Below, one piece after another: positions 1-9,957 of a stretch of 64,000 bases of DNA; positions within the stretch are counted from its first letter, which is position 1, and every line of letters begins with the position of its first letter. A model generated the notes under the pieces. It had not been told where the DNA came from. It did not search any database and saw only the letters and a program-made list of their open reading frames with translations. The DNA lies in IMG/VR virus record IMGVR_UViG_3300044634_002329, positions 55,986-119,985 of that record; one strand, given 5' to 3'. The DNA is from a virus. Both the position numbers and the translations under genes were made by a program.

Positions 1-2
1 AT

Positions 3-383
3 GGATTTTTATTTACTACTTTTGAAGAAGGAAAAGTTTATATAAATTATCAAGGTGGAATGGAAGACGAAGACGGTAACTTATTGGTACCGGATCATGA
101 CTTACTTAATGAATATTATGAGTATGCTTTAAAACAAAGAATACTTGAAAATCTTTATATGAATGGTGAGGATGTATCACAAAGAATGCAACTAGTAGAA
201 CAAAGAGTTAAAGCTGCAAGAAACCAAGCATTAACTTTAGTTAATACTCCAAACTTCCAAGAAATGTATAAACTGTGGTGGACTAATAGAAGATCACAAT
301 ACAGTAAATATTATGACATGTTTAAATCACATGCACCAGATAATGATTTTTATAGACGTTTTGGAAATAAAAGAGTAATTTAA
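3..383 (+). CDS. Tail tubular/ring protein (P22 gp4-like, crAss-type), 5'-truncated
   Basis: Frame is open from the window start (GFLFTTFEEGKVYINYQGGMEDEDGNLLVPD...). The 'G.V...Y.....DEDG...+PD' pattern resembles crAss ring proteins, and the gene directly precedes the tail stabilization gene. Confidence 0.6.
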   Translation, partial: GFLFTTFEEGKVYINYQGGMEDEDGNLLVPDHDLLNEYYEYALKQRILENLYMNGEDVSQRMQLVEQRVKAARNQALTLVNTPNFQEMYKLWWTNRRSQYSKYYDMFKSHAPDNDFYRRFGNKRVI

Positions 384-384
384 T

Positions 385-3300
385 ATGGCAAAGAATTTAC
401 AAAATACATCCCAGAATGTAACTAATAATTTTAATAAAGGATTAAATAAAGATTATGATCCTTCACTAGTACAAGAAGGTATGTGGACTCATGCTAGAAA
501 TGCTAGTAATAATACTATTGAAGGTGACGTAGGTTCATTGTCTAATGAATCAGCTAACTTTATATGTGGTATTACTGGAACAACCATGCCATTAACTGTT
601 GTTAAAAAATATATTATTGGTGCTATTCAAATATTTTCTGATAAATGGTTAATATTTACTGCTGGTCATAATCCATTAGGTCAATCTATTTCATCTGAAA
701 TTGGATTATTAGAAGAAGAGTCATGTTCTTATAGACCTATTGTACAAGATGCTTGTTTAAGTTTTGATAAAAGATTTTTAATTACCGGAGCTTCTAAAGA
801 AAATGAAGATTGTAGTTGGTCAGTATTTTTTGCAGACGGTAATAATCCAGATAGATATATTAATATTGGAGATCCAAAAACTTGGCCATCATCTGATTAT
901 CAATGGGTAGGTACTACTGCAGATATGAACTATTATTTTAATGGTACTGATAAATTACTTTGGCCAAATGTTCAATGGGACACATATTGCACAACTGTCA
1001 ATAGTTGTATTATTTGTGAAAATTTACCATCTTTAAATTGTGATAAACTAAGACTTGCTAGATTAATGGAAACTCCATGTCTTAATGTTACATTAGGTAC
1101 ATCAGGTGGTACATTAAGAAATGGTTCTTATTTTGCAACTATAGCTTATAGTATTAAAGGTCAAAAAGTTACAGATTATTTTTCTCAAAGTAATGTCCAA
1201 CAAATATGGACTCCTAATAATAATGAAGGTTCATTGTTAATTGAAGTAAATGCAGATAGTGTTAACTTTAGTGAATTTATATTAGTAGTAGTACAAAATA
1301 TTAATCAAGGTACTGTAGCTAAACAAATTGGAATATATTCTACTAAGACTAGTAAAATTGAATTAGATCAAATTAAAGAAGATTTAATTACTGTACCATT
1401 AGAACAATTACCATTACAAACTCCAATATTTGAAAAATCAGATCAAATTGCTGATGTAAATAATTACTTACTTAGAGTAGGGCCTACATCTAAATTTGAT
1501 TTTAACTATCAACCATTAGCTAATTTAATTAGAGCTAAATGGGCTTCTGTAGAATATCCTGCTGACTATTATATTAATGGAGGAAATAAAGGAAGTTATT
1601 TAAGAGATGAAGTTCAACCATTTTTTATTAGATGGGTGTATGATACAGGAGATAAATCTGCATCATATCATATTCCAGGAAGAGCACCAAGAACATTTTT
1701 AGTCCCAACTAATAATACATTAACTCCAGAACAATCTGTTCTTGTAGATCAAAATAGTTTAACTGCAGATGATCAAGTATTTGAAGTTTATAATACTGCA
1801 AGTTCAGCACCTACTCCAGGTTTAGTTGGTACTATACTAGCCGATGGTGGTAAAGTTATTGATGCTGGAGATATGGGATATTGGGAATCAACTGAAATAT
1901 ATCCTGACAATCAAGCTGAAATTTGGAATGCTAGTGCTCATTGTTGGACAGGTGTAGGTAACGTACCAAACAATGCTTATGACTTATGTGGTCTCCCTAT
2001 TAGACATCACAAATTCCCAGACAATTATTTAAATAATAATACTGTACATTTTTCAACTAATCCTTCAGCAGCAACCCAAGGTGACTCTTTAAAAATAAGA
2101 ATCATGGGTGTGTACTTTGAAAATATTATAATGCCTAAAGATAATGATGGTTATGATATTCCTGGTATAGTAGGGTATGAGATTCTTAAAGGTTCTCGTG
2201 AAGGGAACAAAAGTATTATTGCCAAAGGTATGGTAAATAATATGAGAAGTTATGCAATAAAAGGAACAGTTGCTAGAGGTAGAGAAGGATTATATCCTAA
2301 CTATCCTTTTAATACTATTTTACCTTTAGGATATTCATCAACATCCGGAGACCATAATTATTTATTTAATGATCCTTATATTAAAATGCAGGATCCGGCT
2401 AATGAAGATGACGTACTTAATCAACAAGTACCAAGTGATATTATTACTTTTCATTCACCGGATACTATGTTTAGAACTCCTTATCTATCAACTACAGAAT
2501 TAAAACTCTATGGTTATTTATCTGGATTTTCTACTCAACAGTTTATTGAACCAGACCAACATCCTAAGTTTAAATTATTAGCTGATGCTAGTGTAATAGT
2601 TATGTTTTTAGGTGGTATTACTGAAGCTATCATATCTTTTATTGGTAGGTATGATAAAAAAGGATCATCATTTACTTCTCCTGGATATGCAGCTGGAGAT
2701 CCAACAGGACTTATTCCTTTTAGTGCTCAAGTTATAGGAGCTAGTGCTGGACAAGCTACAGCTACCGCATATGATTCGGCAATTGCAGCATATTACTCAG
2801 GTGGAGGTTCTATTGCAGATGCATTAACATATGCAGTTACAGGTCTTAGACCTATATTAGCAGGAATCAATACTGCTAAAGATACAGCACTAACACCATT
2901 GATTGCAACAGGTGGGGTTGCTGTAACAGGAGATGAATATACTTATACAGTTCCCAATTTAGATTATTTACCATTACCTCTTAGAGCACTTGGTGGGCTT
3001 AACCAAGCTTTATATTATTTTTCTGAAGGTGCTGATGTTACTTTAAATATTATATATACTTTATTACCTTATAGACAATTTGCTTTACAATCTGTAGCTC
3101 ATGGATTTTATAGTAACATGACTAAAGAAAATATGGCTGTAGATATATTAAGATTTAAAACTGATGTAAATTTATATTTAAGAGATGCTATTCAAGAACT
3201 TCCTAGATTTCAAGACACATCAGGTACATACCATTCTTATAGTATTAACAATCTTAAAAGATCTGATACAGTAGTAATAAGAACTACCACAGGAAATAAT

Positions 3301-5769
3301 TTAAACCAAGGACCTAAATTATTAAATATAGACCAATCATTAGTTACACTAGGTACTTTAGTTCAACATGGTACAGGATCAAATTTACCAGATTTTGAAA
3401 ATCAAGAAATTCCTTTTAGTTTACCTATAGCAAGTCATTATGCTGGAATAAAAGTAAGACTAAGAAATCAATATGGTCAACTGCAAGGTATTAAACAAAT
3501 TGTAATATCACCTTGTGAACAAAAAATTAATTTAAATGGGTTTACATTTCAAACTGTACAAACTAATATTAATTGTCCTACATTAACATTAGGTAATCCT
3601 AATCTTGTATTTAAAAAATTAAGCATGTCTCCAATATTTTTTGGAGGAGATACTTATATAAATAGATACACTGAAAAAAATACAATGTTTTATTACTATG
3701 ATTGGCTATATGGTCAACCAAATGGTTTTGAATATAATTACTATTTACATCAAATGATACCTTCTCCTAGATTTAATGTAAATAGTATTAAGTATGAAGT
3801 ATCAGATATAGCACCTGGTAACTGGAATAGTCCATTACCTGGTACCGGAGCTGTACCTACTAGTTTTTATAATCTAGATTATTATAAAAATCCTAATAGA
3901 AAGTATGATTATGTTAATGATCAACCAACAGGTTTTCCAGATACATATCCAGGAATATTAGGAGTTAAAGATTCTAAATTTTATTTAGCTAATTCAGCTG
4001 TAAGAGATTTCTTTGTAGAGTCAGATGTATTAGTAGATTTTAGAGAACCTGGTTTAACAGTAGCTGAAAAAAATTATGATCCGTATAGATATACAGATTA
4101 CATATCTATGTTTAATATGAAACCTGAAATTATTACAGCAGGTAACTGGTACAGATATGATTATTCATTAAGTGCTGCAAAAGCTTATACTCAATATTTT
4201 TCAGCAGGTAATTTACAAAGTAGATATTATAATCCTAATGTAGCTAGTTTATGTTATACATATTACCCAGATAGATTATATTATTCTTTACAACAACAGG
4301 AAGAATCATTTAAAGATAGTTGGTTTGTATTTCTTCCTAATAATTATAAAGAGTTTAGATCTCAACTTAATGGAGTAAAATCAATTAATAAATCAGGTTT
4401 ATTTATTACATTTAAAAATGATAGTCCTTTAATGTATCAAGGGGTAGATACTCTTCAAACAGATTTAGGAACTAAAATTACTATTGGTGATGGTGGGTTA
4501 TTTAGTCAACCACAACAATTAGTATCTAATGCAGATAAACCGTATGAATACGGATCATCTCAAAGTAGATTAAGTGTAGTATCTACACCAGCTGGATTAT
4601 TTTATATATCTCAGAATCAAGGTAAAGTTTTTAACTATGCTGATGGTTTAAAAGAAATATCTCAAACAGGATTAAAGTGGTGGTTTAATTTATTCTTACC
4701 ATATCAATTAACAAAAGATTTTCCAAATTATCCATATAAAGATAATCCTGTAGCAGGTATTGGGTGTCAGGGTATGTATGATAATATAAACTCTGTTTTA
4801 TATTTTTCTAAAAAAGACTTTAAATTAAAAGAAGAATATAAAGATCAAGTACAATATATACCAATGATAACTACTGGTAAATATAAAGGTAGAGGAGATT
4901 ACTTTACTTTAAATGGTACCGGACGTTATGAATTAGGAGATGAATTTTTATTTGAAGATGCATCATGGACATTAAGTTATGACCCTAAAAGTCAATTTTG
5001 GATTAGTTTTCATGATTGGCATCCTGATTTATCTTTACCTACTAAGACTACATTCTTAACAACTAAGAATAATACATTATGGAAACATAATGAAGCTTGT
5101 GATTATTTTTGCAATTATTATGGAGTTGATTATCCATTTGAAGTAGAATTACCTGTTATCACAGGTAAAACTGTTACTACTACAAGATCTGTAGAATACA
5201 TATTAGAATGTTATAGAAGATCATCTATTAACTGTATTGATCAATTTCAAGTGTTAGATTTTAACTTTAATAAAGCTGTAGTATTTAATTCTGAACAAGT
5301 ATCTGGATATCTTAATCTTAATATATTTCCAAAAAATAATATTACATTAAGTTTACAATATCCTATTCCTAATCCTGCAATTATTGTTGAACCAACAATT
5401 CAACCATTACCAGGATTTGAAATATTATTTTCTAAAGAAGAAAACAAATATAGATTTAATCAGTTTTGGGATATAACTAAAGATAGAGGTGAATTTCCTA
5501 TTGGTTCTACATATCCTCCAACAGGTCCTTTAGTACCAGGTACTACTGAGTTATTAGGAAATTATTCACAAGAATATATTTGGATAACTCAACCTAACGG
5601 ATATGTTAAAACATTAAATCCAAATAACTTAGATATTAATAAAGCTCAATTACAAAGAAAAAAGTTTAGACATTACTTAAACTTTTTACATCTAAGAAGA
5701 GATGTATCTGGAAATGTAAATATGATATTAAAATTAAGTGAAACAAAAAATCAACTATCTCTAAGATAA
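385..5769 (+). CDS. Tail stabilization/muzzle protein (P22 gp10-like, crAss-type)
   Basis: 1794 aa, beta-rich. N-term 'NNFNKGLNKD..P...WTHARNA', 'YLRDEV..F', 'FFGGDTYI.R' and C-term 'WTLSY....WISFHDW.P' are motifs typical of crAss-like tail stabilization proteins. Confidence 0.75.
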   Translation: MAKNLQNTSQNVTNNFNKGLNKDYDPSLVQEGMWTHARNASNNTIEGDVGSLSNESANFICGITGTTMPLTVVKKYIIGAIQIFSDKWLIFTAGHNPLGQSISSEIGLLEEESCSYRPIVQDACLSFDKRFLITGASKENEDCSWSVFFADGNNPDRYINIGDPKTWPSSDYQWVGTTADMNYYFNGTDKLLWPNVQWDTYCTTVNSCIICENLPSLNCDKLRLARLMETPCLNVTLGTSGGTLRNGSYFATIAYSIKGQKVTDYFSQSNVQQIWTPNNNEGSLLIEVNADSVNFSEFILVVVQNINQGTVAKQIGIYSTKTSKIELDQIKEDLITVPLEQLPLQTPIFEKSDQIADVNNYLLRVGPTSKFDFNYQPLANLIRAKWASVEYPADYYINGGNKGSYLRDEVQPFFIRWVYDTGDKSASYHIPGRAPRTFLVPTNNTLTPEQSVLVDQNSLTADDQVFEVYNTASSAPTPGLVGTILADGGKVIDAGDMGYWESTEIYPDNQAEIWNASAHCWTGVGNVPNNAYDLCGLPIRHHKFPDNYLNNNTVHFSTNPSAATQGDSLKIRIMGVYFENIIMPKDNDGYDIPGIVGYEILKGSREGNKSIIAKGMVNNMRSYAIKGTVARGREGLYPNYPFNTILPLGYSSTSGDHNYLFNDPYIKMQDPANEDDVLNQQVPSDIITFHSPDTMFRTPYLSTTELKLYGYLSGFSTQQFIEPDQHPKFKLLADASVIVMFLGGITEAIISFIGRYDKKGSSFTSPGYAAGDPTGLIPFSAQVIGASAGQATATAYDSAIAAYYSGGGSIADALTYAVTGLRPILAGINTAKDTALTPLIATGGVAVTGDEYTYTVPNLDYLPLPLRALGGLNQALYYFSEGADVTLNIIYTLLPYRQFALQSVAHGFYSNMTKENMAVDILRFKTDVNLYLRDAIQELPRFQDTSGTYHSYSINNLKRSDTVVIRTTTGNNLNQGPKLLNIDQSLVTLGTLVQHGTGSNLPDFENQEIPFSLPIASHYAGIKVRLRNQYGQLQGIKQIVISPCEQKINLNGFTFQTVQTNINCPTLTLGNPNLVFKKLSMSPIFFGGDTYINRYTEKNTMFYYYDWLYGQPNGFEYNYYLHQMIPSPRFNVNSIKYEVSDIAPGNWNSPLPGTGAVPTSFYNLDYYKNPNRKYDYVNDQPTGFPDTYPGILGVKDSKFYLANSAVRDFFVESDVLVDFREPGLTVAEKNYDPYRYTDYISMFNMKPEIITAGNWYRYDYSLSAAKAYTQYFSAGNLQSRYYNPNVASLCYTYYPDRLYYSLQQQEESFKDSWFVFLPNNYKEFRSQLNGVKSINKSGLFITFKNDSPLMYQGVDTLQTDLGTKITIGDGGLFSQPQQLVSNADKPYEYGSSQSRLSVVSTPAGLFYISQNQGKVFNYADGLKEISQTGLKWWFNLFLPYQLTKDFPNYPYKDNPVAGIGCQGMYDNINSVLYFSKKDFKLKEEYKDQVQYIPMITTGKYKGRGDYFTLNGTGRYELGDEFLFEDASWTLSYDPKSQFWISFHDWHPDLSLPTKTTFLTTKNNTLWKHNEACDYFCNYYGVDYPFEVELPVITGKTVTTTRSVEYILECYRRSSINCIDQFQVLDFNFNKAVVFNSEQVSGYLNLNIFPKNNITLSLQYPIPNPAIIVEPTIQPLPGFEILFSKEENKYRFNQFWDITKDRGEFPIGSTYPPTGPLVPGTTELLGNYSQEYIWITQPNGYVKTLNPNNLDINKAQLQRKKFRHYLNFLHLRRDVSGNVNMILKLSETKNQLSLR

Positions 5770-7940
5770 TGAATAAAAAAGTTTTATCCAAAGCTGTATC
5801 TGAATTAGATAAAGCAAAAGCTCCGGCAAAACCAAAAGATATAATTACTGATCCAATGGGTCAATGGAAATTTCTTGGACAAGATACTAGAATCCCTGGT
5901 AATGGTAAAGGTGATACTCTTAAGATTACTATGAAGGGAGTACCAGTTCCAGTATTTGCACAACCAAATGTAGGACCCGGTGTTATGATGGAATCAGGTA
6001 AAGATTATGAGTTTCCAGATGCAGACTATGTAGATGAAAGTCCACAGATGAAAAAAGGTGGTGTACTTAGATTACCTAAAATGCCTAAGCCATCTAAAAA
6101 AGGTGTATTAAGTAAAGCTTATAGTAGAAGTTTAGATGCTACAAATAAATTATTTACTGAACATATTTTATCTAAAAAAACTAAATCTAAAAAAGGTAAA
6201 GTATTTGACCCTAATGCTAATTATCAAGATGGTGGTTTTTCAACAAGATTAAGTGCTTCACCTGACATGGGTGCTGTAGTTAATCCATCTGTAAATTATA
6301 ATAAAGGTAATTTTAATATTAATGCTTCATCAACAGTACCTGTAGAAAATTTAAAAAATTATTCTAAAAATTTAAATGTTAATGCTACTTATAAAAAAAA
6401 TTTAAAAAAATATGGTAATTTAGAATTATTAGGCAGTGGATCTTTTTCTGAAGAAAATGACCCTAATTATAATGTTGGTGTTAATTATAATAAACAATTT
6501 AAAAATGGTTTAGGAATTAATATTAATGCAAACTCTCCATTAAAAAATATTAAAAATAATGCAAATGCAAATGTTGGTTTAACTTATAATTTTAAAGACG
6601 GTGGTTATATAGAAACAGATCTTGCAGATGATGAAATAGAAGAACTTAGAAAAGGTGGTTATATTGTACAGGATATATCCGTACCATCAGTAGGTGGTTA
6701 TAAACAAGGTGGTGCTTTACTTACTAAAAAAGTAACATGTAAAAAATGTGGTTGGAAATGGGATGCTGCAGATGGTGGTGATGATATTACTACTTGTCAT
6801 AAATGTGGTGGTCAAGGATTAGTACATGCACAATTAGGACAAAATACAAAATCATATACTAATAAAGAAGGTAGTACAACAACAAAATTTACTAAACCTG
6901 ATGGTACGACATATATAAAAGTTAAAGGTGCTGATGGTAAAGAGTATAATAAAACTGTTAAGCCAATAAAACCAATGTCTCGTAAAGAGTTTATGCAGAC
7001 TGATTATTATAATCAAGGTATTCAAAATCCTCAATTTAATATAACTCCTGCTGATAATACAAATGTTGTAAAACCTTTAATGCAAACTCCTGTAGCAAAA
7101 CCTGTATTAGCTAACAGAAATGAACAAAAAGCTTTAGCACAACATTTAGTCAATACAGGTGCTGCTAGTAGATATTTAGGAGATAACTATGATGATAGTA
7201 AAACATTAAATGAAGCTATGTTAGAAAAAGTTCAACAGAACCCTAACATTATGAATTCTATTAATAAACAAGAATATCAATATCTTATAGACAAAGAACA
7301 AAAAGCTTATGATAAAGCTAGTCCTTTAGAAAAAACTGCAAGTTTTATACATTCAACTATTACTGATCCTGTATTAGTAGGCTCTAATCTTATTGAAGGT
7401 AAAGCTCCTATGTTATGGCAAGGAATGAATAGAAGAGATAATACTAATCCTGAAACACAATCTTTTTATAATCAAGCATCAGGTGCAAATGATAATATGT
7501 TAAATAATGTTGTAAATACAATTAATCCAGGTAATACAGGAGCTAGTGCATATCAGCATAATAAAGAAGGTAATTATTTAGGTATGGTAGCTGATGTTGC
7601 TGAATTAGCAGCTATGGGTGCAGGAGCTCTTAAAAGTGCAAAAAGTTTATCAAATGTGGGTTCTAAAATGGGAAAATTAGAAAATATTGGTAATAGAGTA
7701 AATGATATTGTTGATGTTTCTGAAAATGCTAGTAATGAACAATTAGGTGATGGTTTAATTGGATTAGTGCCAAAATTAAATAAAGTAACTACTCCTTTAA
7801 AAGGAGCTAATGCTGCATTTAATAAAGAACCTATTATGAAAAAAGGTGGGATGACTAATAATTATATAGAACTAGAATTAACTCCTAAAGAAATTAAATG
7901 GTATGAATCTCAAGGATATATTGTAAAAGACATAGTCTAA
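5769..7940 (+). CDS. Mosaic virion/cargo protein with xxxGG motifs, beta-barrel-like segment and CxxC-CxxC zinc ribbon
   Basis: 723 aa, coupled to the upstream gene (TAATG). Contains MKKGG, YQDGG, FKDGG and YKQGG motifs and CKKC...CHKC. Confidence 0.6.
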   Translation: MNKKVLSKAVSELDKAKAPAKPKDIITDPMGQWKFLGQDTRIPGNGKGDTLKITMKGVPVPVFAQPNVGPGVMMESGKDYEFPDADYVDESPQMKKGGVLRLPKMPKPSKKGVLSKAYSRSLDATNKLFTEHILSKKTKSKKGKVFDPNANYQDGGFSTRLSASPDMGAVVNPSVNYNKGNFNINASSTVPVENLKNYSKNLNVNATYKKNLKKYGNLELLGSGSFSEENDPNYNVGVNYNKQFKNGLGININANSPLKNIKNNANANVGLTYNFKDGGYIETDLADDEIEELRKGGYIVQDISVPSVGGYKQGGALLTKKVTCKKCGWKWDAADGGDDITTCHKCGGQGLVHAQLGQNTKSYTNKEGSTTTKFTKPDGTTYIKVKGADGKEYNKTVKPIKPMSRKEFMQTDYYNQGIQNPQFNITPADNTNVVKPLMQTPVAKPVLANRNEQKALAQHLVNTGAASRYLGDNYDDSKTLNEAMLEKVQQNPNIMNSINKQEYQYLIDKEQKAYDKASPLEKTASFIHSTITDPVLVGSNLIEGKAPMLWQGMNRRDNTNPETQSFYNQASGANDNMLNNVVNTINPGNTGASAYQHNKEGNYLGMVADVAELAAMGAGALKSAKSLSNVGSKMGKLENIGNRVNDIVDVSENASNEQLGDGLIGLVPKLNKVTTPLKGANAAFNKEPIMKKGGMTNNYIELELTPKEIKWYESQGYIVKDIV

Positions 7941-7944
7941 ACAT

Positions 7945-7990
7945 TTAAAGTTTAATGAATAAACTAAAATTTATTATATTTATTATATAA
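7945..7990 (+). promoter_or_regulatory. Putative phage promoter/operator (AGTTTA..TAAACT inverted repeat plus TATATTTA)
   Basis: The same arrangement recurs at 12191-12225 upstream of another virion gene. Confidence 0.45.
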
Positions 7991-7999
7991 CAAGTAGTC

Positions 8000-9946
8000 A
8001 TGGAAAAAAGACGTGTAAGAATATATAAAGCTGGAGGAGAACAAGGAGCTTATGTAAATAGTATGGCTCAGTTTTTAAAAAGAGCACAAGAAGGAGGTAT
8101 GCCAGATGTTAATGAAATGGGATATCAAGATAGTCAAGAACAAGCCGCAGTATCTGAACAAGACTTATCCAAACAAATTGCTATGGATATAAATAATGAA
8201 GTTCCAAAAGAAACTATCATTATGAAACTTGTAAATATACAAGGTTTAGATCCTATGCAAGCTACTCAATATGTTGAACAAATGTATCAAAATATTGGAG
8301 AAGATAGTGAAGAAGAAATTGTAGATGAAGAACTTGTTGATGAGGAAGAAGTTAATCAAGAAGAAGAAGTTGTTGAAGAACCTCAAATGCAAGTACCAGA
8401 ATTTGAACAAGAACCTGCTATGAGTTATAATGATTTATTAAGTCAAGAAATAGTAAATGAAGACAATCAGGAAGAAGATCTAGGTGGTTATGAAGAAGAC
8501 TTATTAATGCAATATGGTGGTTCAGCAATGTTGACTCAAGATTTTTCAGCTGAGCAAGCTTATAAAGAAGGAGGTGCTTATAAAAAAGATAAAAGATTAT
8601 ATATTAAAAGTGTATTAGACTTAGTTAAAAAAGAACTTGGTGGTAATAATACTGTATCTGAAGAAAGCACTCCAGATCCTACAGGATCTAATGTAAGAAA
8701 TAAAAACTTAAGTACTTTTGTATCTACATTACAGAATAAAAGTACAATGGCTATTGCTAAAGAAAAAGCTGAACAAGAGTTTGAACAATTACAACAACAA
8801 ATGTGGACTCCAGAAGCACAAGTTGGTGGATATGTTGATGCTGATAATCCTGGTTTATCTACATTTGTATATGGTGGTAATGATCAAATTACACAATCTG
8901 ATATAGACTTTTCTAATTCTAAAGATACTACTGATCCTAATTTTCCTAAAGCAGCCAAAGGAGGATGGCAAGATCTTATGAATAATTTATTTCCAGCAAG
9001 TATTCAAAGAAATATGCAAAGTATTCAAAGTGGTTATGCATATGATCCTATGACAGGTCAACGTTATAAAAATTTTATACCTAATGCAAATACTCCAGTT
9101 ACAAGTATGCGTGTAGATAAAAGTGGTATATTTGGTAAACCTAAAAAATATACAGTTACATATGGTAATACTAATAATCAAATGATTAATAGTACAGCTA
9201 AAGATCATATTGGAGCACCAACTCAAACTAATCAACCTACAGTAACTAATCCCATTGTTCCTAACACAACTAAAATGAGTGATAGTGAAAAAATGGCAAT
9301 GATGAATAAAAAATCTAAAGGAGGAATTAATATACAAAAATATCAAACTAAAGGTGAAGTTAAAACTCCAGTGTCATATAATACAGATCCTGCTATGAAA
9401 GGTTTAGTTGATGTAGGGTTAGAAGACCAAGGTAAACCAATTGAAGGTTTAGATTCTAGTCCTTTTCAAATGGGTTGGGAATTTGGTCAACAAACTCCAA
9501 CAGTACCGGTACAAGCACCTAAAGAAAATGAAATTGATGAAAAACAAACTGCTGGTTATATGGAAAAAACTCCTGGAGGAAGTATGTCAATTGATTTTGA
9601 TAATAGAAATACTAGAGCAACTAACCAAGCATACTTAAATGTAGCTAATGCAGGTATAAGAGGTGTAATGGGGATGATTGACAGAAAAAGAAATAAAAAA
9701 GATGAAGCTAAAATGTATGATGAATTAAATTCAGATGGAATTTTTGCTTCTACAGAATCGATAAACAAAGGAAATGATGAAACAAACTCAGGAATTTTTA
9801 GACCTAATGAAGCAGGTAGTAAATGGACTAGTAGTTCTAAATCAAAATATGGAGGTTCTTCAAATGAATATAATGAAGGAGATGAAGTAGAAATGTCAGA
9901 AGAAGAATTAGCAGACTTTATTGCTGCAGGAGGAGAAATATATTAA
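8000..9946 (+). CDS. Acidic low-complexity virion/cargo protein with repeated xxxGG motifs
   Basis: 648 aa, E/Q-rich, with about 10 GG motifs (YKAGG, AQEGG, MQYGG, YKEGG, AQVGG, AAKGG, SKYGG). Confidence 0.6.
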   Translation: MEKRRVRIYKAGGEQGAYVNSMAQFLKRAQEGGMPDVNEMGYQDSQEQAAVSEQDLSKQIAMDINNEVPKETIIMKLVNIQGLDPMQATQYVEQMYQNIGEDSEEEIVDEELVDEEEVNQEEEVVEEPQMQVPEFEQEPAMSYNDLLSQEIVNEDNQEEDLGGYEEDLLMQYGGSAMLTQDFSAEQAYKEGGAYKKDKRLYIKSVLDLVKKELGGNNTVSEESTPDPTGSNVRNKNLSTFVSTLQNKSTMAIAKEKAEQEFEQLQQQMWTPEAQVGGYVDADNPGLSTFVYGGNDQITQSDIDFSNSKDTTDPNFPKAAKGGWQDLMNNLFPASIQRNMQSIQSGYAYDPMTGQRYKNFIPNANTPVTSMRVDKSGIFGKPKKYTVTYGNTNNQMINSTAKDHIGAPTQTNQPTVTNPIVPNTTKMSDSEKMAMMNKKSKGGINIQKYQTKGEVKTPVSYNTDPAMKGLVDVGLEDQGKPIEGLDSSPFQMGWEFGQQTPTVPVQAPKENEIDEKQTAGYMEKTPGGSMSIDFDNRNTRATNQAYLNVANAGIRGVMGMIDRKRNKKDEAKMYDELNSDGIFASTESINKGNDETNSGIFRPNEAGSKWTSSSKSKYGGSSNEYNEGDEVEMSEEELADFIAAGGEIY

Positions 9947-9957
9947 TAACTTATATT

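Noticed and set aside
8280-8500. GAA-rich low-complexity tract as a DNA repeat element
   Set aside because: Explained by a Glu-rich coding segment; no regular repeat unit.
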